A stretch of DNA of 64,000 bases, from positions 6,529-70,528 of the forward strand of contig CAYYWB010000001.1 in NCBI GenBank assembly GCA_964475285.1. Direction: 5' to 3'. How positions within the stretch are numbered: the stretch's first letter is position 1; each line of letters starts with the position of its first letter. Origin of the DNA: an uncultured Bifidobacteriaceae bacterium. Lineage in GTDB: Bacteria > Verrucomicrobiota > Verrucomicrobiia > Limisphaerales > UBA11358. The notes under the pieces are model-generated. The model saw only the letters and a program-made list of their open reading frames with translations. It did no database searches and was not told the DNA's origin. Shown here in pieces: positions 53,601 to 62,900 of this stretch. The position numbers were made by a program, and so were the translations under genes.

Positions 53601-53692
53601 TTCGCTTCATCCGTCCGGCCTCGGCCCGAACCTCCGTCTGTCATTCCATCAAGGCGTTCCAAGGCTCGGATCTGGCGGGCTATCTTCCATGA
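50678..53692 (+). CDS. large secreted protein of unknown function
   Basis: The signal peptide is MKTSSWAIHNVLLMAGLYLATIQLQAQ. It is 1004 aa with no motif recognised. The 500-aa minus-strand ORF 51128..52630 is treated as its shadow. Confidence 0.55.
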   Translation: MKTSSWAIHNVLLMAGLYLATIQLQAQTIAYDAPKGTLGNEAVPNLVVGNDFDVESPVTISQLGVFNSGGNGIQGSSELTVQLYERNGNSGMLLETLNFDAASPGRQITGNLFKPLANPVTLLPGSYTIVAYGFDAANPEGNAGVPPYFGSQLPWSGNNGGGLIQFTGSGRYGTNGVNQFPSELAQGPANCYAAGTFMFSGTTLPSPPCAADYAALTAGVSSFPIEDIRHLGSVAVLNDGSFPVLVEHGGNRLVLEAGGYYNDNPAGARAVVFAHAQWENSANDSRMTLFENAVKWAARKSNPADIVMGVTTNLPANDLPGIDINYFTSRGYTVIPLSLLPHDRTDQLPPMDVLVADWHTHYNKTSLAQIQEFTAGGGGLVMSVLTKHLVYPKIRPSFLHANNILQPFGLAYRSSLATPADYGFTNIQSIPYPAYFSAYPAAQMLHADRVGQFQMDSLSKAIALNTINYAGGNDPDLLSALMAVYSGTTNNGTVQLPSGENVNFMDAVTMTGVQAGTNRLGNWTTNGTDLVAANRRGSVEYDFNVSTADLYKLRIEATQNVPFNKSDTFPLLLTLDGQSLGRQNLTVQPGVVSAVECWTPYILPGPHSLRIFWDNAESYTALELVAVHVQTGLGPDENGNGIKDWVDQLVQTQSGMDNTNSVIGSYTSPLCLEGRDPYPSLMQMQIVGADNKTYSASPNTTSDNRWFINVPLSAYVNAQTLAEATYQNGALSETRSLQWLPLNLLTATNNMTIRKGDSLLLNAVPTNAGNGNITITIGTNIYTGRANQPIACKFPVAGTYTVTGTYTSAKGVASSGNIAVDVVEQSLPNTPACWVGMERTWDLPHLAPEAVLEADSRLFVEPVATLTNNGERYGLLADANEPRSIIARLGQNGPILDATRARGFYLWSGSQAYTKVIQVYPDGSELVEMLVICSPVLPDVTFEIDTIVGGITFDDGTTTKILTPSSFDALGRCPVRFIRPASARTSVCHSIKAFQGSDLAGYLP

Positions 53693-54705
53693 AACCCAGA
53701 CTGATATTTTGGATGATGCTGACGGTGGCAACCGCCGCCATGGTTCTTATTGTCTGGTTTCATCGTTCCGCCGTGCCGCCTGCAAAGCCAGAGGCGCAAA
53801 ATCAGTCAACCTCAACGGTCGCACAACCTGTTGCAAAAACACCTTCCGCAATCGTTTCATCTGCTCCTCAACCCACAGCCAGCGCCACACAGACAGAAAA
53901 ACAACCACCTTCAGCTGCACAGATGGTGGCGAATGAGAAGGCTGGTTACCAACAACGGCAGGAGGCCATTCAGAAACTGGCAACAGTCAAATTGACCGAT
54001 TCAGACCGTGACATTCTTTACAACTTTCTGCGCCAGCACACCGCCGCTGATGACGGTCAACCGGGGCAGGTGTTGAAGAACGAATTGCTGGATGCACTGT
54101 GCGCGATGCAACCGCCGCCGCAGGGTCTGGGCGAACTGCTGGCGCAAATCTACCGTGATTCAGGCCAGAACATCGTGCTGCAGGATTATGCCGTTCAACA
54201 CATGGCGGCATATTACCGGCAAATGACGGCCGCAACCGGTGTGGACGATCAAATCCGCAATGATGAACTCAAACTGACGCAGCAAACGATGTGGGACGCA
54301 TTGAACAACACGGGCAGCAGCATTGCGGGCACGGCGTTGCTGGATCTGACCCGCCTGTCTCAGGGCGGCTATTCGGGGTTTGACCAAAACAAGATCGCCG
54401 ACAAGGCGTTGGATTTGGCCGGTCAAAACGGCGATGAACTGACCCGGATCACCGCCATGCAGGTGTGTGCTAGCCTCAATGTCAAACTTGCCCTGCCCAT
54501 CGTCTTGGGGGCGGCAGAGCAGGGGGAGACGAAGTCGGTGGAGATTTCGGCGATCGGGGCGCTGGGTTCGTTGGGCGGGTTGGGTCAAATCCCGTTCCTG
54601 AACACGGTGCTGCAAGGGAATGACGACCGGTTGAAGCTGCCGGCGCAACAGGCATTGAATCAAATCCACCAACGGTTGCGCCAGCAGGCGCAGAAAGCGG
54701 GCTGA
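53689..54705 (+). CDS. membrane-anchored HEAT-repeat-like protein
   Basis: ATGA overlap with the previous gene. The TM helix is IFWMMLTVATAAMVLIVWF. The C-terminal region is HEAT/PBS-lyase-like (ISAIGALGSLGG..LPAQQAL). Confidence 0.5.
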   Translation: MKPRLIFWMMLTVATAAMVLIVWFHRSAVPPAKPEAQNQSTSTVAQPVAKTPSAIVSSAPQPTASATQTEKQPPSAAQMVANEKAGYQQRQEAIQKLATVKLTDSDRDILYNFLRQHTAADDGQPGQVLKNELLDALCAMQPPPQGLGELLAQIYRDSGQNIVLQDYAVQHMAAYYRQMTAATGVDDQIRNDELKLTQQTMWDALNNTGSSIAGTALLDLTRLSQGGYSGFDQNKIADKALDLAGQNGDELTRITAMQVCASLNVKLALPIVLGAAEQGETKSVEISAIGALGSLGGLGQIPFLNTVLQGNDDRLKLPAQQALNQIHQRLRQQAQKAG

Positions 54706-54721
54706 ACTTTTTGAGGCAAAC

Positions 54722-57700
54722 ATGAAAAATCAGATGGCTAAAATTTATGGGTGGCTGGCATTGGCGGGATTGCTGACTTACACTGTTCTTGCCGACAACC
54801 CGTGCGCCGAGAACGGCCCGTATACCAATGGATGGTCTTGTTATCAGTCGATCAGTGTGTCTTCTTCAACTTATATTAGTCCGGCCAACATCAATGTTTT
54901 TGCCGGGCAGACGATTCCCCGGCCCCAGCTCTATAATTTGATCATCACCAACGGCGTGGAATACAGGTCGATAACCTATGATTGCTCGGTGGATCTGAAT
55001 CATCAAGAGTTTCAAAATCAAGTCAACACGGCCGGCAGTCTTTACTTTGTGCCGCCAATTCCCAGCGTTATCCAGACTTCGGGCACCTACATTTACAACG
55101 GCAACATTGACGTTACATCATCGGACGGTCTCTGCCCCACGACAGTCACGGTGGGGAAATTGACGGTTCAGGTGGACAGTTCGTTGATTGATGTGGACTT
55201 TGGAGGTGGCGCCACGAGTGACAAGGTGGGTTACGCGGCGATTGGCATCTCCACCAATGATTTCTGGAACGAGGTTGGCACAAACAACGTCACAAATTTG
55301 AAAAATGTCGATGGAGTTGTTTTTCAGGTGGGTTTGCAGGTCAATAATATGATAGGGGTTTCAAACAACGGGGCATCGGATCCGATGTTCAATGATTACG
55401 TCTTTGGGGCGCCGACCCTGCCAGTGGGACAGGTGGTCACCGTTACCCTGACCAACCTGCCGACGGGAACGTGGCAAGTATATCTTTATGCCAGCGACGG
55501 GAGCTTTGATTTGAACGCGGGCGGCACTGATTATGGAATACAAACTTGTTTCGACTCGTTCCCGGCCAATCGGTTCATCCAAGGGGTGCATTATGTGCTC
55601 TATTCAAATGTGACGGTGATCAACGGCCAGAACATGACGATCAAGGTGCAACCAGGCACCAGTGGTTGCGCCATGATTTCTGGCTTGCAAATCACAACGT
55701 CACGCTCGCCGACGCTCCCTGGTTTGCCGCAGATTCCAGGTTTAGTGGGCTGGTGGCAGGGGGAGAACAACGCCATGGACAGCACCGGCCTCAATCCCGT
55801 TGGAATATTGGAGGGTGGCAATGTGACATATGCCCCGGGAGAAGTGGGGCAGGCATTCAGCTTCGGTGGAGACAGTGATGTTCATGTTGCCGCGTCTCCG
55901 GCTCTGGATGTGGGCGGCAACGGTGGCGGTTTGACGATAGAATGCTGGATCAACCCCAGTGGCACCAATTTTGGCAATGATGCTTATTCTCTTGTGGAAT
56001 CAGATGCCGGGAATCTGGATGAACCAGTGGTTGGATTTTTGACTTCCGTGTATTCCGCCGGGGATCTTTATGCTTACTTTGTGGACACAAACGGAAACTC
56101 GTATGAAATTTCGACGGGTGCCGGCGGCCTGATAAACACGAATGGTTTTTATCATGTGGCTGTGACCTATGATCCTGCCAGCAGCAACGCCTGTCTTTAT
56201 TGCAACGGAATGCTGGTGGTTTCTCAAAATATTGGCTGTTTCACCCCGCAAAAATGTCGCGATCTGTATTGGGGTTACAGTGATTCCTGGGGAATAGATT
56301 ATCGGGGGCTGATTGATGAGCTTTCAATTTACAACCGGGCCCTGACCGCATCAGAGGTGGCGTCGATTTACAACAGCGGCAGTCTGGGCAAATACCCCAT
56401 CGCCGCGTATATCGTCTCCCAGCCAACCGATCAGGCGGCTGCGGTCGGAGGCTCGGCAACTTTCACGGTCGGCGCGGGCGGGTCGCCGCCTTTGTGCTAC
56501 CAGTGGTATTACAACTCGACAAATCCGCTTGCGGGCGCGACCAATGCCACCCTGACTCTGGCAAACATTCAAGCAACCAGTCCTACAAATTATTCAGTGG
56601 TTGTCAGTAATGTCCTGGCCGTCGTGACCAGTTCGAATGCGACCTTGACGCTGGGTGCGCCGCCCGTCATCACTGTGCAGCCAACGGACCAAACGGTGGT
56701 GGTCGGTGAAACAGCCCTGTTTACGGTAACGTCCAGCGGCACCATGCCGTTGAATTATCTCTGGTATTTCGGTGTGACAAATCTGCTTGTCAGCTCAACA
56801 AATGCCACGTTGACGCTGACGAATGTGCAGTGGGCGAATGCCGGCAATTATCATGTGGTGGTGACCGATATCTACGGTTCAACCGTCAGTTCGAATGCGA
56901 TGTTGACCGTGACATTGCCGCCATCCTGTGTTCCGGTTCCATCCAACATGATTTCATGGTGGCGGGCTGAAAATAATGCCCTTGATAGTGTGGGTGCCAA
57001 TAACGGAACTTTTGTGGGGGCTGCCAGCTACGCCAACGGCGAAGTGGGCCAGGCATTCAATTTAAGTGGAACCAACTATGTATCAGTGCCGGATAGTCCG
57101 ACACTAAACTTCAGCAATGCAATGACCATAGAATGTTGGTTGTATCGCAATGCTGTGGTCGGCACATGGGATCCCGTGGTTAAGAAGGAAAATATTGCAA
57201 ACAACTATGGATACGCGTTTGAATTCAACAACAACAACCTGCTCTTTTGGATCTATCAAGGCGGCGGCAGCCCGGGCTGGATATCTTCCGGAGGTGCTGT
57301 CCCCATTGCCTTGAGTCAGTGGTATCATGTCGCCGCGGTTTACGACGGAGGGAATCTCCTCTGTTACACCAATGGCTGTCTGGCGGCGGCTTATCCGGCA
57401 ACGGGTGGTATTTTGGCATCAACCAACCAATTGTGCATAGGCAATGACCCCGGCAATCGCACCAGCCGCTTCTTCAACGGTTTGTTGGACGAGGTTTCGA
57501 TTTACAACCGCGCCCTCTCTTCAAACGAAATCGCAGGCATTTACAACGCGGGAAGAGGAGGCAAGTGTTCTTCCACAGGCGTGCCGGTTATTGTTTTGCA
57601 GCCAACAAGCCAGGTGGTGCTTCTGGGCAATACGGCGACGTTTAGTGTCATGGCTGAAGGCGCCGGGCCATTGAGTTATCTGTGGTATTTTAACGCGACA

Positions 57701-59986
57701 AATATCCTTGTAACAACGAATGGTTTGCTGGCACTCACGAATGCCCAGTCCACAAACGCAGGCAGCTATTTTGTGGTGGCGACCAATATGATGGGCAGTG
57801 TGACCAGTTCGATTGTCACCTTGACGGTCATGGCCTCATTGGACTCTGACTATGACGGCCGCAATGACAGCCAGGAACTTGCCGATGGCACCGATCCATT
57901 CGATCCGGGCAGTGTTTTACAGGTGGCTTTTGGCCGCTGGCGCTTTGATGACACCAATACCTGGATTGGCGACTTGGGGCAGTTGCCGCTTGTCGCCAAC
58001 AACGTCATTGGAGTGCCTGGTGTGATGACCAATGCAGTGCTGATTGATTCCTGCAACCCGGCCACCTTGGAGTATCGGGATGTGGAAACCAGCGGCAATG
58101 CCAACATCAATTGCCGCAACGGCACGGTGCGGTTCTGGTTCAAGCCGGATTGGAGCAGTGCCAATCAGGGGGGAACCGGACCGGGCAGCAACGGAAGATT
58201 GATCGAAGTGGGCAATCATAATCCGGCCAACACCAGCGGCTGGTGGGCGTTGTATCTCAGTTCTGATGGGACCCAACTGTTGTTTGGGTCATCCACCAAC
58301 GGTGCGGGCGCGACAATGCTTGCGGCCAATATTTCATGGACTTCCAACCAATGGCATCAAATCGTCTTGACTTACACCCCGACAAACAGCGTTCTTTATC
58401 TCGATCTTCAACTTGCGACCAACGGTGCGGGCGTGGCCTATTATCCGAATGTCATTGAGCGTGCTGCCAGCGGGTTCAGGCTCGGCAGTGATGCGAATGG
58501 AAACAATCAGGCCCGGGGTGCTTTCGATGAATTGGATACATACAATTATCCGTTGAACACCAATGCAATTAGTTATGTGGCATCGGCTACGGAATTATCC
58601 AATGCCAGTCGCGCAGCGCTTTTAAAAGGTGGCGGCTTTGGCACAACGATTTCCGCGCCCATTAGCCCGGTGGGTGGGGGTGGGACAACGTCCGGCGGTG
58701 GCGGTGGCACGCCTGCCCCCATTACTTGTTCCGCCCACTATAGCCCTTGGGCGCCCTATATCTACCCTGTAATTAGTGATTCGTTTTATTTGCCGGAACC
58801 AGGTTTGGTAAACGAACCCATGATGATTAGTGGGGGGATCACAAAAACGGATGGGAAGGTTTATGCGGAGCAAATAGGGAATACATGCATACAGTATCCA
58901 TTGGTCATATACGGGTTGTGGGGGCTGGGCAATCCCGCGGTGTTGTGTTCAATCGAATCGGAACCGGCCCAGTCCTCCATCCCCTGCCAATATTCAAATC
59001 CGCAATATGGCTCGGGAAACATTTCATTCACCCCAACCGAGCCGGGAAATGAAATCGCCAGCGTTTTCGTATCTGCAACCACCGGCAATCCGTTTCCATT
59101 GGTCATACTACCAACGCTAAATCCTTGCATACTCCCTATTTCCGTGTTGCCGCCGGAACAACTGGCCCATTGGCCGTTTGACAACAACGCTCTGGCGGGC
59201 GACGGGGGCCAGATGCCGGTTGTTGAAAACAACGTGTCGGTCGTTCCATCCCCCTTCGGTCAGGCGGTGGAATTTGACAGCACCGGCGATGTGGAGCTGG
59301 AATATCCCGCGTTCCAGGACGATGCCTTTTCGGTCACCGAAGCAGACGGCTCCACGGTTTATTCCACCGGCACGCCCAACATTCGGAGGAACGAAGGCAC
59401 CATCAGTTTTTGGTTCAAGCCCAATTGGACGAGTGGCAACGGCCCGGCGAATGGGGGGGTATTCCTTGATATGATCAATGCGGGATGGACCCTGCAGGTT
59501 ACCCATAATGGTGGAACGATTGAACTGGATTCGGGCAGTTCAATTCTGCTTTCCTCATCCATCACATGGGCAAATTCATTGCTCTGGCATAAAATTGCCG
59601 TGACTTACTCCACAGCCGGAACGACTCTTTATTTGGATGGAGTGCAGGTCGCCGCCGGAAGCGGAATTCCTCCCCTCACTTGTGTTAATTCTTTTACGGG
59701 TTTCCACGTCGGCAGCGATGGTCTCGGCCGCCAGGTCCACGGCATCATGGATGAATTGAAAACCTACAACTACGTTCTGCCATTGTCCCAGATAACTTCT
59801 GATTACAACGCAGACTGTGCAATCGATGCTGATGGGGACGGCATTCCCGATCTGATTGAATTTGAAATGGGCATTGATCCATCGGATCCGCCGGCGCAAA
59901 CCGGGGGGGGGAGCAATTCCCCCACAGACCCCAATGGCCCTTCAATTCAACTCCTTGAGCCAGTCAATGCAAACGGTCCCTTGTAA
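54722..59986 (+). CDS. giant secreted LamG (concanavalin-like lectin) / Ig-like repeat protein
   Basis: 1754 aa. It has repeated LamG-type modules ending ..DELSIYNRALTASEVASIYN and ..DEVSIYNRALSSNEIAGIYN. It also has three ~90-aa Ig-like repeats (QPTDQ..YQWYYN.., QPTDQ..YLWYF.., QPTSQ..YLWYF..). Confidence 0.7.
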   Translation: MKNQMAKIYGWLALAGLLTYTVLADNPCAENGPYTNGWSCYQSISVSSSTYISPANINVFAGQTIPRPQLYNLIITNGVEYRSITYDCSVDLNHQEFQNQVNTAGSLYFVPPIPSVIQTSGTYIYNGNIDVTSSDGLCPTTVTVGKLTVQVDSSLIDVDFGGGATSDKVGYAAIGISTNDFWNEVGTNNVTNLKNVDGVVFQVGLQVNNMIGVSNNGASDPMFNDYVFGAPTLPVGQVVTVTLTNLPTGTWQVYLYASDGSFDLNAGGTDYGIQTCFDSFPANRFIQGVHYVLYSNVTVINGQNMTIKVQPGTSGCAMISGLQITTSRSPTLPGLPQIPGLVGWWQGENNAMDSTGLNPVGILEGGNVTYAPGEVGQAFSFGGDSDVHVAASPALDVGGNGGGLTIECWINPSGTNFGNDAYSLVESDAGNLDEPVVGFLTSVYSAGDLYAYFVDTNGNSYEISTGAGGLINTNGFYHVAVTYDPASSNACLYCNGMLVVSQNIGCFTPQKCRDLYWGYSDSWGIDYRGLIDELSIYNRALTASEVASIYNSGSLGKYPIAAYIVSQPTDQAAAVGGSATFTVGAGGSPPLCYQWYYNSTNPLAGATNATLTLANIQATSPTNYSVVVSNVLAVVTSSNATLTLGAPPVITVQPTDQTVVVGETALFTVTSSGTMPLNYLWYFGVTNLLVSSTNATLTLTNVQWANAGNYHVVVTDIYGSTVSSNAMLTVTLPPSCVPVPSNMISWWRAENNALDSVGANNGTFVGAASYANGEVGQAFNLSGTNYVSVPDSPTLNFSNAMTIECWLYRNAVVGTWDPVVKKENIANNYGYAFEFNNNNLLFWIYQGGGSPGWISSGGAVPIALSQWYHVAAVYDGGNLLCYTNGCLAAAYPATGGILASTNQLCIGNDPGNRTSRFFNGLLDEVSIYNRALSSNEIAGIYNAGRGGKCSSTGVPVIVLQPTSQVVLLGNTATFSVMAEGAGPLSYLWYFNATNILVTTNGLLALTNAQSTNAGSYFVVATNMMGSVTSSIVTLTVMASLDSDYDGRNDSQELADGTDPFDPGSVLQVAFGRWRFDDTNTWIGDLGQLPLVANNVIGVPGVMTNAVLIDSCNPATLEYRDVETSGNANINCRNGTVRFWFKPDWSSANQGGTGPGSNGRLIEVGNHNPANTSGWWALYLSSDGTQLLFGSSTNGAGATMLAANISWTSNQWHQIVLTYTPTNSVLYLDLQLATNGAGVAYYPNVIERAASGFRLGSDANGNNQARGAFDELDTYNYPLNTNAISYVASATELSNASRAALLKGGGFGTTISAPISPVGGGGTTSGGGGGTPAPITCSAHYSPWAPYIYPVISDSFYLPEPGLVNEPMMISGGITKTDGKVYAEQIGNTCIQYPLVIYGLWGLGNPAVLCSIESEPAQSSIPCQYSNPQYGSGNISFTPTEPGNEIASVFVSATTGNPFPLVILPTLNPCILPISVLPPEQLAHWPFDNNALAGDGGQMPVVENNVSVVPSPFGQAVEFDSTGDVELEYPAFQDDAFSVTEADGSTVYSTGTPNIRRNEGTISFWFKPNWTSGNGPANGGVFLDMINAGWTLQVTHNGGTIELDSGSSILLSSSITWANSLLWHKIAVTYSTAGTTLYLDGVQVAAGSGIPPLTCVNSFTGFHVGSDGLGRQVHGIMDELKTYNYVLPLSQITSDYNADCAIDADGDGIPDLIEFEMGIDPSDPPAQTGGGSNSPTDPNGPSIQLLEPVNANGPL

Positions 59987-59993
59987 ATCCTTT

Positions 59994-62900
59994 ATGAAAA
60001 TGAAATGCCATTGGTCCTTGCGCACAATCTCGCTCGTGCTGGCGTCCGTCCAGGGTCTCTGCACCATGATTCCTGTCTCGGTTTGGGCGGGCCAACTGCC
60101 TGAAACCGTGCAGCCCGGCATAAATTCCCAGCCCCGACAGGTCACTCGCCGCCCTGCTTTAGACGAAGCCTCTTCATCGCTGCCCGAATTTTCGTCGCAA
60201 CCGACCCCGGCCGAAATTTTCGCCGTGCGGGTTTTCCCCTTCGCGCTGGTGCCGGTCGGAAATCCCTCACCCGCAGAGAACGCGGCGCTGGCCCTGGCGC
60301 TGACCGGTTATGCTCAACGCAGCGATCTGGAAGATCAGTCCATCCTTCTGAATTTTCTGACCCAATATCCAAGCTCTGCCTGGAAACCCGCGTTGCTGCT
60401 CAACATGGGGATTTACTGGCGGCAAACAGGCCATTTTTCAAAGGCCATGGATGCCTGGGAACAGGCGTGGGAATCCAGCAAAAATGCAACCGGCGCGAGG
60501 GAAAAGGCCGTGGCCGACCGCGCCCTTGGCGAATTGCTTCAGATTGACGCATGGGTGGGCAGGTATGAACATCTGGAACCGCTTCTCGCCGAAGTGGGCA
60601 ACCGCCAACTCATTGGTGGCGCCGCTGAAATGCTGGCTGATGCGAAAGACGGACTGTGGATCATGGATCATAAGTCGGGAAGCGGCTTTCTGTGCGGCCC
60701 TTCTGCATTGCGGTTGATTGCCTTGGCAACCAAGGCCAAGGTGGATTTGGACAAACTGGTTGCGGCGAAATCTACCCGGCAGGGTTTTTCCCTGGCCCAG
60801 TTGAAACAATTGGCCGATGAATCGGGCATGTCATATCAGATGGCCAGGCGCGCACCCGGCAGTGCAATTCTGACCAACTCGGTTGTCCACTGGAAGCTAA
60901 ATCACTATGGTGCGCTTCTTCGGGAGGACAATGGACGATATCTGGTTAAGGATTCGACCTTCAGCCATCTCTTCGGGCAGGATCTTTGGATCAGCCAGGC
61001 CACCCTCGAAGAGGAATCCGACGGTTACTTTATTGTGCCGGCGGGACCCCTGCCGCCGGGTTGGACAAGCGTGGGGACGGAGGAAGGCCAGACCATATGG
61101 GGCAAGGGGGCAACATATGGACGGGATGGAAATGATTTTACTCCCAACGACCCTTGCATCCCTTGCGATGTCTTGAACGGGCTGGAAAGTATTTTTGGAA
61201 TGACACGATATACCGCCAGCCTCATGCTGGTCAGCTTAAAGTTGGAGGATATGCCCCTTCGTTACAATCCCCCGGTCGGCCCGCCGGTGGAATTCAAGGT
61301 CACCTACAACCAGAGGGACCCCTATTCCCAGGCATTCCCCAATTATTCCAATCTGGGCGCTCAATGGACCTGCGACTGGTTCACCTACATTGAAGATGAA
61401 GGGCAGGTTTGGTCCGTGTATTATGCGCGCAAGCCCGTTCCAGGGCTTGGGAGTGATGTGCAGCGTTACGTCAGCGGAGGCGGATTGATCAACTATACCG
61501 TAACCAACTCTTCCACAGGCCTTTTCATGCCGGACCGGGATGGAAACATTTTGCAGTGCAACCTCACAAACAACACCTATGAGTTGACATCCTCCGATGG
61601 CAGCAAGGAGATTTATGAGTGCGATGCGTTAAAACCTTGCACAAATTGTGCTTATAAGTTGATTGTTTGCCTAACCTGTCCTCCTCCCCTGCCGCAGCCG
61701 CGCAGATTTCATTTGCAGGCAATCGTTGATCCGGCTGGCAACGCCCTAAATTTTTACTATGATAATCTGGGACGGCTGGCCTTTGTTAATGATGCCGTCG
61801 GCCAGACGACCGTGCTTAGTTACGGGCTGCCGGAAGATCCTTACAAGGTGACCGGCGTGGTCGATCCGTTTGGACGGACTGCTTGTTTGCATTATGATGA
61901 GAACGGCCGATTGCAGAAAATTGACGACGTGATCGGCATGAGTTCATCATTCACCTACAATTCCGCCGACTTCGTAACCCGGTTGACAACGCCGTATGGT
62001 GCAACCGTGTTCAGCATGATGGATGGCGGCAGCGCCACGGGAGACAGGGCATTGTATATCACAGACCCAAACGGAGATCATGAATATGTCTATTCGCCCG
62101 CCACCACGAGTTTAATAGATTTTTATGGTGGTGGCAGCGAAGAAGCTCCGAACGGGTTCACGACCATTCACCTTACAGAGCAAAATACTTTTTATTTTGA
62201 CAAGAAGGCGATGAGTCTTTTGGGTTCCCAACTTTTGAGCAGTCCACCATCCGCAGCTTTTAATGGTTCGGTATTTGCCAGCGGCATAATGACCAACGCG
62301 ATCATTTATCACTGGCTGAAAGATGATGAGGTGCAGCCTGGCAATCCGACCATGTCCGGCATTGTGGGGAGCATAAAGCAACCCCTGGAAAGCCGGATTT
62401 GGTTTGAATATCCCAACCAACTGCAAACCGAATACTCTTCAGGCATTACGTTGCGACAGCCAAATACTGTCGCGCGCTTTGTTGACAATCCGGGCAATCC
62501 CAGCCTTCCGCTTACCCAAACCCATCAATATTCGTATAACAATAATGGTCGAATAGCCGAGTTCATTGATCCTGTCGGACGCCATACTGACTTTGATTAT
62601 TACACCAACGGCATTGACCTCTATCGTGTGCGTCAGGCAACCAATGACATTCTTGCGGAGTTTGGGCCTTACAACTTGCAGCATCGGCCATCCACCTATA
62701 TTGATGCCGCGCGCATGACCTATTCGCTTTCCTGGAATTCCGCCGGCCAGCTCTCCCAGGTGACCAATCCCAGAAGTGAAGTCACCCAGTTGAATTATGA
62801 TTCCTATGGCTACTTGCGTAGCACAATACGCTCAAAGTCCGGCCTTTCCGCGACGAATTCATTCGGCTTTGATTTCTACGGCCGGGTCAATGCCGTCACC

